A stretch of DNA of 63,499 nucleotides, counting the filler, from Octopus bimaculoides (lineage: Eukaryota), in the NCBI RefSeq assembly GCF_001194135.2. It is 6 parts of 6 records of this genome, joined end to end, with 100 filler letters (N's around TTAATTAATTAA, not from the genome) between each part and the next. Parts side by side here need not be neighbours in the genome. Positions count along the whole stretch, not along the records: positions 27,592 to 53,122 come from NC_068986.1; positions 53,223 to 59,212 come from NC_068984.1; positions 59,313 to 61,393 come from NC_068981.1; positions 61,494 to 63,499 come from NW_026335425.1; 2 more parts are not named here. One strand, 5' to 3'. Under the pieces are notes generated by a model that was given only the letters and a program-made list of their open reading frames with translations, had not been told where the DNA came from and did no database searches. The stretch's first letter is position 1. The number at the start of each line of letters is the position of its first letter. A program made the position numbers and the translations under genes. Shown here piece after piece: positions 50,253 to 61,744 of the stretch.

Positions 50253-50672
50253 AGGAAGTGAGCTGGCAGAATCGTTAGAACTCCGGGCAAAATGCTTAGC
50301 GGCATTTCGTCCGCCTTTATCTTCTGATTACATATTTCTCCAGGGTCGACAAAATAAGTACTAGTTGAGTACTGGAGTCGATGTAATCGACTCATCCCCT
50401 CTGTCCCAAATTGCTGGTCCTGTGCCAAAATTTGAAATCAATATTAACGTCATAAAATAAGGCGGTGACCCGGCAGAATCGTTGACACACCAGTCAAAAA
50501 TTTCGTCCGTCTTTACGTTCAGAGTTCAAATTCCGCCAGGGTGGACATTGCCTTTCATCTAATATGGGATCGATAAAACAAGTATCAGTTGAGCTGTGGA
50601 GTCTTTGTAATCGACTCATCTCCTCCCACAAAATTGTAATCGACTCATCCCCTGTGCCAAAATTTGAAACCA
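50253..50672 (+). mobile_element. Two SINE family B copies in tandem
   Basis: Copies at ~50253-50440 and ~50460-50672, separated and flanked by aatattaacgt(c/t)at(a/g)aaataag. Confidence 0.88.
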
Positions 50673-51211
50673 ATATTAACGTTATGAAATAAGACCCAAC
50701 AGAATAATGTTTTAAAAACACAGTCAATGGTCTATGCAAATTTAAAATTAAAAGCTATATTTACAAACTACTAATATATCATCTATAATGTTCATTCGGT
50801 ATTGTTTATGGCCACGTTAATGTAGCTGTCCTTTAAAAGAAGACGAAACTGCCATTTTAACCCCGGGAAAATATCACCTCCAGCTGGTTTATTCAGTGCG
50901 CTTCTCGCTCTCAGTATTTATTTCAAGCGGGAGATAACTCTTGCCACCTATCTCCGGGACCACCAACACCAAGTGGTTTCGATCTGTATTGGATCTCCTC
51001 AGTGGTGGGTCTTGTTCGCCAGGCATGGCAGCAGTTTAACCTTGCTTGCAATATATAGAAAATACAGCAAATACAGTGTCATAAGTTATAAATAAACGCA
51101 AAAATGATTTTGTATTATTAATGATTCATGTGCATTAGATAAAATCCCAGTCATACTTCCAAGTATCTATTATAGCTCCTTAAAGCTCAATGCATTACTC
51201 ACACATTAATA

Positions 51212-51453
51212 TCTTTCATCTTTTACTTGTTTCCATCATTGGACTGGGCACCGCCTTGAAGAGTTTTAAATGAAAGATTCGCATCAGGTATTTGTATTTT
51301 TTAAAGTCTGGTAATAATTCTATGATTCTCCTTGTCGAACCGTTAAGGTACGAGGACGTAAACAAACCAAGACCGGTTGACAAGCGATAGCAGCGGGGCG
51401 GGGGAAAACAGATGCACAAAGCCATAGACATAGATGTATACATTTATGTACAC

Positions 51454-51517
<64 letters not shown>

Positions 51518-51668
51518 CTGGCTTCCACACAGTACCCGTTTACCAAATTCCTTCCAAGGCTGAACGGCCAGCAAAAAGACACTGGCCCAAAGTACCGCGC
51601 ATTGGGACTGAACCCGAAACCATGTAGCAGCAAAACGAGCATCTTAACCATACAACCAAGCCTATGCC
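51212..51668 (-). mobile_element. SINE family A, full length with internal (TG)n
   Basis: Both halves are present and colinear with 1371-1876. Confidence 0.85.
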
Positions 51669-52098
51669 CAGTTTAACATTGATTCTGAAAAGAAAGACGT
51701 ATATCTCCCATTCATACCTCTTTATCAGCTCTTTTCTATCAGTGTCTCTCATCTCATAAATACGATTATATAGACACGAATTGTAATTCTTGATTAGTAA
51801 CATGATAAAACTCCGATTAAGAGCGAAAGAAACTGCATTTAGAAGCATTTGACTTTTTGCGCAAAAATCTCCTTTATTCTGGTGTTATAGTTTTTTAAAA
51901 CTTTGCTTGAGTGTTATAATTGTTTCACTGAATGAGCTAATTACATAGACAGACAGACAGACGACAGACAAACAGACAGATAAATCGAAAGAAAGATAGA
52001 CAAACAGATAGATACATATATATGTATGTGTGTGTAGTTTACGACCCCGTTAGGGTAAGACCAACAAAAGCAATGTACATTAAGTGATATATATATAT

Positions 52099-52161
<63 letters not shown>

Positions 52162-52726
52162 CCGTACACTGGCATACATACATATATTCATATACTTCTG
52201 AGTATGAGAGAGTGTTTCATTACAAAAACTACAAAGTGTACTCAGGAAATGATGTTTAATTTCTACTTATTAGGCGACATCTGTTTATGCAGTCTATTAC
52301 AACTCAGAGATTTCAATATNNNNNNNNNNNNNNNNNNNNNNNNNNNNNNNNNNNNNNNNNNNNNNNNNNNNNNNNNNNNNNNNNNNNNNNNNNNNNNNNN
52401 NNNNNNNNNNNNNNNNNNNNNNNNNNNNNNNNNNNNNNNNNNNNNNNNNNNNNNNNNNNNNNNNNNNNNNNNNNNNNNNNNNNNNNNNNNNNNNNNNNNN
52501 NNNNNNNNNNNNNNNNNNNNNNNNNNNNNNNNNNNNNNNNNNNNNNNNNNNNNNNNNNNNNNNNNNNNNNNNNNNNNNNNNNNNNNNNNNNNNNNNNNNN
52601 NNNNNNNNNNNNNNNNNNNNNNNNNNNNNTGTGTGTGTGTGTGTGTGTATGTGTGTGTGTGTATAAATAAGTATAAGTATGAATGCATATATGTGTACGT
52701 ATATCTCTCCCTATCTAGTTTTAGAT

Positions 52727-52758
<32 letters not shown>

Positions 52759-53078
52759 ATTGATAGACAGATAGATACATACATACATACATACATACAT
52801 ACATACATACATACATACATACATTCATACATACATTCATACATACATAGACAAACACACTGATCCATTTGTGTTTGTGTGTATACATATATACACGTGC
52901 GCATGCACACACACGTGTAGGTGTGTGTGTGTGTGTGTTCGTTATAGAAATATATATGATTTTGAAAAAACTGTAATTCTCAAGTATGTTTTGTATTTGT
53001 GCTTCCTATACATGAACGAATAAAACAGGCGTATTATAAATAAACTCCAATAGTCACATTCGCACGCACACACACACA

Positions 53079-53122
<44 letters not shown>

Positions 53123-53222
53123 NNNNNNNNNNNNNNNNNNNNNNNNNNNNNNNNNNNNNNNNNNNNTTAATTAATTAANNNNNNNNNNNNNNNNNNNNNN
53201 NNNNNNNNNNNNNNNNNNNNNN

Positions 53223-53445
53223 GTGTTGCCTTTTGCATTTAAGGACTTTGTGTGTATTAATGATATTGTTCATTTTCGGGTCTGTGGTGAGTAAGGGGAG
53301 GTTTTGTTTAATTGTGGTGAATGCTTCGATGTTATTGGGGTTATGGGTGGAGATGTATGGAAGTATTTTGGGGTTGGGTGTGTTATTATGTTGGTTGGTT
53401 TTTAGTGTGTTTTTGTCAAGTTCCTTGGCAAGTTTTACCGCGAGG
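53223..53445 (-). mobile_element. Penelope-like ORF fragment (RT-endonuclease linker), stop-free over ~75 codons
   Basis: LAKELDKNTL..KILPYISTHNPNNIEAFTTIKQNLPLLTTDPKMNNIINTHKVLKCKRQ matches the PLE P(F/Y)..T.NP.N....I..NLP.L..D..M..I.....I..KRQP linker. Confidence 0.75.
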
Positions 53446-53451
53446 ATAACT

Positions 53452-53903
53452 GAGAAGTAATATTTATCCCCACTTAAACGTGAATGTTGGGTTAGAACAA
53501 ACTATATTGCGGTAGTTACCATGAGAGAAACTTTCAATTGGCTTTTGATGCAAAATACACTCTTGCTTATATCGCTAGCAGCGAGATAATTCCCCGCCGC
53601 GTATAGCGCCGAGACCACCAGATCACGTGATTTCGACCTTCCTTAGTCTCATCAATGATAGAGACACTCAACCGCTAGAGGTACCAGCGATCCATCTTCC
53701 CGTCAATGATATGTAGAAAAACAGTGTCAGAACAGGCGCTGGCATTGCTATTAGTCAGTCAGCTTGTCAAAATATATATATATTAGCGACAGAGGCAGTA
53801 TTAATACCGAGAAGTAATATTATCCCCACTCAAACGTGAATATTTTGTTAGAACAAACTATACTGCGATAATCACCACGAAAGAAAGTCTCATATTAGCT
53901 TTT
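53452..53903. repeat. Diverged ~95-bp direct repeat, 357 bp apart
   Basis: gagaagtaatatt(t)atccccact.aaacgtgaat.tt..gttagaacaaactata.tgcg.ta.t.acc at 53452 and 53809. Confidence 0.85.
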
Positions 53904-54636
53904 GTCTTTCTATATATTTCTGGTGGAGAGATGGAGATAAGTAGAGATAGACAACTTTAATGCAAAATAAAAGTTTGTTGAACAATTGCTGATATTTGGA
54001 ATGTTATACCCATGACTTTGGAAAATGTAAAATACTTCAAATAAATAGAAGTATTTGTTGCTGATGTACAGTTGACAAAGCTGAGTTGTAGGGAAAGTAG
54101 AGGTTCGAATGTACAAATGTTCACCATATAATTTGGAATATCGAATGTTGTAAATTAGATAAAGATATAGCCTTGTCTCGGAGGAGCATCGGATTTGTGA
54201 CCGGGCACAATCAAAATTCAAACTGGTGTGCAATTACTTTCGGTTAGAAAATTGTCCAACACCCTGGTTCATGAGTTGTTCAGCGAATTGATTCATTAAT
54301 TACTTCCGGTTCATAACAGACAAGCATATTTGAATTCTCCCCAAATCTTTGAAGGTAAATGTCATTGCTAGCTTTACTGCTTCCTCACACATTTTACTAG
54401 CTAAATAAAAAATAGCACACATTCTTACTCGCAAAACCTGTTTTCCTTGAACAATGGTGTAAGTTATGGAAGGAAATCCAATACATACTCCTGTATCGTC
54501 GCCATAATGAGATAATTGTGGATACGTTTTAGGTAGTGCGGTGATTTTAGAATTATGTTTAGAAATAGAATATATTAAGCTTCAAGACGATTTCCCTATT
54601 CGAGATGTATTAATGTTATGTTTATGATCATTTCAG

Positions 54637-54667
54637 ATATTCATAATACAATCAGAAGCTTTCAATG
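54637..54667 (+). CDS. Probable 31-nt coding microexon of the vWA-domain gene (IFIIQSEAFN/G)
   Basis: atgatcatttcag| acceptor and G|gtgagt donor. Phase 0 in and phase 1 out join in frame to the exon at 54892 (G+GT = Gly). The sequence resembles the end of a signal peptide. Confidence 0.6.
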
Positions 54668-54891
54668 GTGAGTTATTTTTATTGATTTTTGTATGATATT
54701 GCTTATATATAACCTACTACATTGTTCTTTATTTTTATTTTTTTAATTAATTTATTTATTGAGATAAGTCAGATTTGGCTGCAATTTCTAGAAGGTTGAG
54801 TAACCACGCCGAAGTTCCTTCATTAGTTCGTATTACTATAATGCTGGTCTTTTTACATGGAATTTACGATGCTGTTGGTGTTATTTTTTAG

Positions 54892-55040
54892 GTAAATCTA
54901 CAGTACGATGCAATAAAGCAGCAGATATTGTGTTCGTATTAGATTCTTCAACCAGCATATGGAAGAGCGATTTTGAGAAACAATTGAATTTTGTTAAATA
55001 CTTCGTCAACAATTTGAATATTGGATTAGAAGCAAATCAG
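54892..55040 (+). CDS. Exon encoding the N-terminal part of a von Willebrand factor A (vWA) domain (matrilin/collagen VI/XII-like extracellular protein)
   Basis: ttatttttag| acceptor and CAG|gtttgt donor. Translation (G)KSTVRCNKAADIVFVLDSSTSIWKSDFEKQLNFVKYFVNNLNIGLEANQ has an intact MIDAS DxSxS motif and the conserved F...L.FV...V...I helix. An in-frame alternative acceptor lies at 54904. Confidence 0.9.
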
Positions 55041-55376
55041 GTTTGTAGTAATTTACAAATGTACTTGTAAATATTTGATAGATTTCTTGAAATTTTAACA
55101 TTTAAAAAACAAATGTATGTAGTTGGATGTCGTCTTTATATTTTAGCTAAATGTTGCATCCATATGCAAACATTTAGCGTAATCTCAATGCAGGTCATTT
55201 TATGCGAGTAATAATTCAGAAAATACTGCAGTGTTTTTCCTTGACCAAATTTGCTGCACTACTATGTTCCAGTTCATTGGGAAAATATTTGCTGCTTTCA
55301 ATATTCTGTTCATATTACAAAATTGTTGAAAGTTACCTACCTCAGCTCACCAAAAAGATACAGATGTTGCTAAGGA

Positions 55377-56545
55377 TGAGAGGCGTACCAAAAAAGAAAT
55401 CAGAATTTTGCAATATTATTTTATTCACCTAGTTTTACATGTTTACATTTTTATCGCCTTCAAAGTATTCTCCATTTGAAGCAATGCAACAGCCCAGACA
55501 TGTTTTCCACTGTTCGAACAAGTCCTGAAACTCTTGCAAAATGATACCTTTTAACGCCTCCGTCTTTTTTTTTTCACCTCTTCCACATCTGCAAAACGTT
55601 CTCCTTTAACGACTTTCTTCATTCGGGATATCAGAAAAAAGTGGTAAAAACTGTCATACTCAAGATGGTGTGCATAGGCGCATTGTCGTGATGAAACCCC
55701 CACTCTCCACTTTGCCAAATTGCCACAGGTAGGGTTTTTTCATCTCAACGCGCGTCTCACAAACGCTTCAGAACTGCCAAGTAAAATATGGTTAACAGTT
55801 TGACCAGGAAGAACAAATTTTGTGTGGACAATTCCTTTCGCATCGATGGAACAAATCAGCATCGTCTTGACATTGAACTTCACTTGACGCACACTTTTGG
55901 GGCGTGGTGACATTGAATGCTTCCATTGATTTGATTGCTGCTTTGTTTCCCGGTCGTAGCAGTAGCACCAGCTTTCGTCACCAGTGATGACCTTCAGGAA
56001 AGGTCCAGATCAATTTCCAACTGTTCTTTTAGTTCACGACACACATTCAAACTTGACTGCTTTTGATATTCGTGAGCAAGCGAAACAAATTTTGCTGCAA
56101 CTCTTTTCATTCGCAATTCCTGGAGCAAAATTCGTTGGTAGGAGCTCCAGTATATACCAGTTAGTTGTTCGGTGATGGTCTTCCAAGATCAGTTCATGAA
56201 TATTCATGATATTTTCATTTGTTCGAGAGGTCGATGTTCATCCTGAACGAGGTCGGTCTTCAAGTGACAAGTGACCATTCCTGAAGCGTAGAAATCACTC
56301 GTAAACTTGTGCTTTGCTCATAGCACCGTCCTTGTAAGCTGTCTGAAACATGACGAGTGTTTCGGTTCTCGTTTTCCCCAGCAGAAAACAGAATTTCACG
56401 GAAGCACGCTGTTCTTTCGATTCAGTCATCGCAAAAATCAACGAGCAGGAAAGAAACACTGCAATATAAAGACGCACCACGTGGCAGTACAACTTCAGTC
56501 GACGACACCTATAGGGAGATTGATACCTGGGGGTCGCCCCTCCCC
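55377..56545 (-). mobile_element. mariner element with degraded TIRs and an internal deletion, in the vWA-gene intron
   Basis: MTESKEQRASVKFCFLLGKTRTETLVMFQTAYKDGAMSKAQVYE, VITGDESWCYCYDRETKQQSNQWK, HHDNAPMHT and F....CIASNGEYFEGD. Confidence 0.9.
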
Positions 56546-56754
56546 ATATGTGATGGTTGAGACGCAGTTTTATATCTCATATTAAACCCATCACTCATGA
56601 ATGAAACAAAAATCATTGCCCGGCGCAGAATATGAAATGGAGGACATACTAAAAGTAATGAGAACACAAACTCTTCGCTCAACGTGATGAAAGTCTTTTC
56701 CTTCACGTGTATATGTGTATGTGTGTGTGTAGGGAGAGATTTATATATATGTAT

Positions 56755-56984
56755 ATAATCGATTAAGGAAACAGAAGACGCATTTGGTATTAGCCTTTAT
56801 TTTGTACGACGATCGTTTCTGTCCCTCATGGGTGGGACGCTCTGCATCATATTGTGTTGCATTAATTTTGCAGTCTGGATCACATCAGGTACATTCATTC
56901 ATAATGTGTCTCGCTAAAGATCTTGAGATCGGGCGGTCATAAAGATTAGTACAAAATCCATCTTCTGCTTCCTTAATCGATTAT
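56755..56984. mobile_element. MITE with ~46-bp imperfect terminal inverted repeats
   Basis: Left ataatcgattaaggaaacagaagacgcatttggtattagcctttat vs reverse complement of the right end ataatcgattaaggaagcagaagatggattttgtactaatctttat. The flanks are TA-rich. Confidence 0.75.
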
Positions 56985-57186
56985 TATCTCAGCTAACACT
57001 GCTGAATTCCTGAAGTAGATCCAACGGAAATATACCATAACTGCAGATGATTCCAAGTAGTCAAACCGTGCCAGGACATCAACGCATTAATTGACATATA
57101 CCCATTAGTCCCAAATATCACCCTCCCCCCACACACACAGGCAGGCAGGCAGACAGGCAGGCAGACAGGCAGGCAGGCAGGCAGGC

Positions 57187-57278
<92 letters not shown>

Positions 57279-57871
57279 GGATAGATCAAAACAGTTTGAT
57301 TCAGATATCTTGGTATTTTGAATTTTAAGCATGTAGCTAGTCTTCGGCCATTGAGATCTGAATATCTGAATGAGAGTTCGATTGAAGAGTGTTAATGTTT
57401 ATTACTGGACCTTAGCCTGCGAATGGTGGAGAAGGTCACGCGGTATGACAGTTTGATGATGATAATCCAGCGACAACAATTAGTTGGAAAATACTGCATG
57501 GTGAATAGAAAATCGATCGCGTGGTGGACAAGAAATGGGTCGTGTGGTTGGGGAGAAATAGGAAAGGGTGGTAGATGTAGGATATATGTGTATATATGTA
57601 CAGGCATATATCTGCGTGTATGCATCCGTACATATACGAATATGTATGTGCGCTTAGATGTACATTCATACATCCACGAGCGCGCACACACTCATACACA
57701 CACACACGCTCACACTCACAGGCATACACACACGAAGGTACACATGCACACACACACACACGCACACACATTCACACACACACGGGCACATCTTTATCTC
57801 CATGTACATATTCACACAAGCACACGTATAGGCGCGCGCTCACACAAGTGTGCATGTGTACATACATACTC

Positions 57872-58120
57872 GCCGCCACGTCCAACAATGTTTATTCTTA
57901 TGCAAATGATACTACTCTTTATTCTTACCAAACATTTTCCAACCAAATGTCATGCCAATTTGAACTTTTTCAATAACAAAAAACACAGGCACTATGGATA
58001 TCACGAAAACATCATAGCTCCTCACTCTTTTTAAACATAAATAATACCTGAGCCCTTACAATTGTTTTAAATGATCACTAATAGGAAAATACAACTTTAA
58101 TGCAGCTAGGATCGCACCCG
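57872..58120 (+). mobile_element. CR1-like LINE RT fragment (YADD region)
   Basis: TSNNVYSYANDTTLYS matches TSN.IHSYADDSTL, followed by KYNFNAAR (cf. V.FNASKT). Confidence 0.55.
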
Positions 58121-59115
58121 AAGACTGGCATTTCTCTTCGGGGCAAAATAATATTCCATATACCAACAATTACAGACTCTATAAAATTTAGATGAGGCCC
58201 ACAAAAGATCAAAGGTTTCTGTTCCTTGGAGCTGGTTGGTCACGTGCCACCTTCCCTCAGGCATTCCTGATTTACTTGTCTCTTAACATATGACCATCAA
58301 TGTCGAATCTGAATCCCCCAGACTTTGCACTAACCATTTCGTCCAATCTTCCTTCCCCAGAGCGTTACTTCGTGAGAATCCCTCTCTGCTCAACTCTATC
58401 CTACATGCGTTGATTTGCAATAGTTTAAGCGGGATGTTAATAACATTGGTCGCACTGATTTCTGAGGAACTATGAATGCCACAAGTACAGAGCTCCTTCT
58501 CGCAAACCCAGAAAGTATAAAAATTACTATGTTTATTCTACTTCTGCTTCGTTTTTCCCGACGAAATGTCTAGTTGACATTGTTTCCGAACCGATCGTGC
58601 ATGTGTATAATATTTGCACTTGGCAAGTTATTTTGTTTTCGTAGTTACTTGCGAGTATGTATTAACTGTCTTTACATAAATTGATCTTTAGTTTCTGCTT
58701 TTCCTGTTAGAGTTTTTGAGTAATGACTTTCAGTCGCATTTAAAAAATTTTTACGTCGAGGTATTTTTCTCTTCACAATGAATTTAAAAAAACTTTTTCT
58801 CTTGTTTTGTTCTTATTAGGCCTCGTTCTCCCTAAGTACAGCTAGATCTATCCAACTATATCAGACACTGTTAATAGATTCTTAATTTTTCTCACAAATT
58901 TCATCAATTTATTTATCTTCCACTTTTTGATTTTTAAGCTGTCGATTATCCTGGATGGTTCCTGTATATGCATATGTTGTCGTTTTATTGTATATGATAG
59001 CCAGTACATTTTTTCATCTTCCTCTTAATATCTGTGTGGTATGCCTTATCAGTTTCATCAAATATATATATTTGTATGAGTGTTTCAGTTCAAGTTCTCT
59101 GATTTCAATAACTTG

Positions 59116-59205
<90 letters not shown>

Positions 59206-59312
59206 GTTCAGTNNNNNNNNNNNNNNNNNNNNNNNNNNNNNNNNNNNNNNNNNNNNTTAATTAATTAANNNNNNNNNNNNNNNNNNNNNNNNNNNNNNNN
59301 NNNNNNNNNNNN

Positions 59313-59622
59313 GTGGGATTTTCGAGTGAGATCGTTGCCAGTGCCCCTGGACTGGCTCTCGTGTGGGTGGCACATGAAATGCACCATTTTGAGCATGGCC
59401 GTTGCCAGTACCGCCTGACTGGCCTTCGTGCGGGTGACACGTAAAAGCACCCACTACACTCTCTGAGTGGTTGGCGTTAGGAAGGGCATCCAGCTGTAGA
59501 AACTCTGCCAAATCAGATTGGAGCCTGGTGTAGCCATCTGGTTTCATCAGTCCTCAGTCAAATCGTCCAACCCATGCTAGCATGGAAAGCGGACGTTAAA
59601 CGATGATGATGATGATGATGAT
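59313..59622 (+). mobile_element. SINE family E, 3' part with RTE-type tail and (GAT)n
   Basis: GTTGGCGTTAGGAAGGGCATCCAGCTGTAGAAAC..CCAACCCATGCTAGCATGGAAAGCGGACGTTAAAC(GAT)n, with an internal ~67-bp diverged tandem duplication starting gttgccagt. Confidence 0.8.
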
Positions 59623-60421
59623 ATAAAATTAAGAAGGAGAGAAGACAAATTCAAAGGTCAATGTATATATTCATTCAATCCATATTAACAAAATTCTCCA
59701 TGGTATACAATATACAAACATAGATGCATTCATCTATATGATATATAAAATTTCTAAGAATTTATAAATACATACATATACACAAAAATTTATAAATATA
59801 TAAAAATTTATAGGCATATAAAAATTTATAAACACATAAAAGTTCATGAATATAAATATATAAAAATATAAGTCCATAAATGTACCTGCGATGTCCGAAT
59901 GTTCAAATTTGATTCAATAAAGAGGAAGATAAAAAAGCGAATGTAAAATGATTCATAAGGAATCCTAAACATGTATAAAATCTATGTATAAAATCTTATG
60001 GCCATTTCGAAAAGATATAGGTTGCTATGGGTGAGTTAACTCCAACCATAGCAATTCTCTATATTTCTCTCATCAGAGTTAATAGATTCCCAAGGTTAAA
60101 ACTTTAAAAGAAATGGTAGGTTAGATGATTTTTAAAAACCGAATGTTTAATCAGACCAGACCATTCTCTTCAAGCAGATGATGTTAAAGTTATAGTTGCA
60201 GGCTAAAGTGCATTACAACACTATATATAATATAAAGTTTTAGAAGAGTCCATAATATGAAGGCAGGCTAGATTAAGATCCGATAGTTTAATTATTTTTG
60301 TATAGACAAATAAACAGATAGATAGATATAATAAAAAATCAGGGTACAATAAGTACCTGTTTGCTTGAAAGAGGAGTTAAAATCCTCCAAAACCACTCAT
60401 CTCTCACTATATGTAAACACG

Positions 60422-60452
<31 letters not shown>

Positions 60453-60525
60453 GTGTGTGTGTATGTATGTATGTATGTATGTTTGTATGTATGTATGTAT
60501 GTATAAATGTAGATATATGATAAGT

Positions 60526-60912
60526 GCAGGTGTGGCTATATGTGCACATATTGCTGTGTGATAAGAAACTTACTTCTATACTATATGGTTTTGGATTCAG
60601 TCCTACTGAATGGCACCCAAAGCCAACCAAAGCTTGATGTGTGGATTTGGTCAAGGCGGTGAACCGGCAAAAACATTAGCTTGCTGGGTGAAATGCTTAG
60701 CGGTATTACATCTGTCATTACATTCTGAGTTCAAATTCCACTGAGGTCGACCTTGCCTTTCATTCTTTTGGGGTCAATAAATTAAGTACCAGTTGTATAC
60801 TGAGGTTGATCTAATTGACTGGCCCCCTCCCCCAAAATTTTGAGCCTTGTGCCTAAAGTAGAAAGGGATGAGTGGATTTAGTAGATGGAAACAGAAAGAG
60901 GCCTGTCATATA
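60526..60912 (+). mobile_element. SINE family A 5' half interrupted by a SINE family B copy (60653-60868)
   Basis: gtggattt(g/a)gt is duplicated at 60641-60651 and 60872-60882 around the family B copy. Confidence 0.8.
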
Positions 60913-60996
60913 TACATACACACACATAAACACATATATATATATATATATGTGTTATATATACATACACACACATAAACACATATATATATACAT

Positions 60997-61393
60997 TGAC
61001 CCTATCATATCACTGACTCCTTCACCTGCTCTTCTAGCAACATCATCTACTGTATCTCCTGCTCTCTCTGTCCTTCTCTATATATTGGTCAAATGGAACG
61101 CTGCTTGGCTGACATATACACGCACACGCACCTTCGTTTTGGGCTTATCAGTACTTTATTATCTCCCCTTCTTCCTAGCTCTCCTGTGTAACCCTTCTGT
61201 CCGGCGTTCGCCTTGATAGATTGCTAGCCACTAAACCCTTTTCCATTTTCTCTCCCTGTTTATTTCTGTGTTCTTTTCTGTCGAAGAGCATAGGCTCGAA
61301 TGTAAAAGACTTTCTCACTTCCTGAGCATTAAACTAATACATCTGTTTGTTGCTTACACACCCATCTTCGTCTTTTGTTTTTTGTAAATTCTC
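60997..61393 (+). mobile_element. Penelope-like element end: GIY-YIG N-terminal motif plus terminal repeat (family F)
   Basis: DSFTCSSSNIIYCISCSLCPSLYIGQMERCLAD matches FTC.SSN.IYCI.C..C..LYIG.T.R.L.D, followed by the hammerhead-bearing segment. Confidence 0.85.
61272..61309 (+). ncRNA. Hammerhead-like motif with CUGUCGA core and damaged stem III
   Basis: TCTTTT-CTGTCGA-A-GAGC-ATAG-GCTC-GAA-TGT-A-AAAGA. It is homologous to 25966-26002 but its stem III (GAA-TGT vs GAA-ACGT) is damaged. Confidence 0.5.
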
Positions 61394-61744
61394 NNNNNNN
61401 NNNNNNNNNNNNNNNNNNNNNNNNNNNNNNNNNNNNNTTAATTAATTAANNNNNNNNNNNNNNNNNNNNNNNNNNNNNNNNNNNNNNNNNNNNTATTATA
61501 TGCCTGAAGGAGTCAATATGGATGATGTTGATCGAGTCCAGAAATGATTGCTTTAACCCTTCCCCCACCCCCACCCTCACGCCACCAACCCCCTTCTGTC
61601 CACCTACTCCGCTCCTTCTCCCTCCTCCCACTCCCCATTGTGATAGATAGGTGTCCTTGTATCAGGTTTCCAGCCCATCGTTATCTGACGATCTGTCACT
61701 GAGAGAGGTGCGGGTAAGAGAGAGAGGGGAGTATACCAGCAGTA

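Noticed and set aside
58280-58500. L2-like RT fragment on the minus strand (LTSRLNYCKS)
   Set aside because: Only one short motif resembles L2, and the flanking translation does not extend the match.
58556-58590. Hammerhead candidate CCGACGA + AATGTC/GACATT hairpin
   Set aside because: There is no GAA after the hairpin and no stem I/III.
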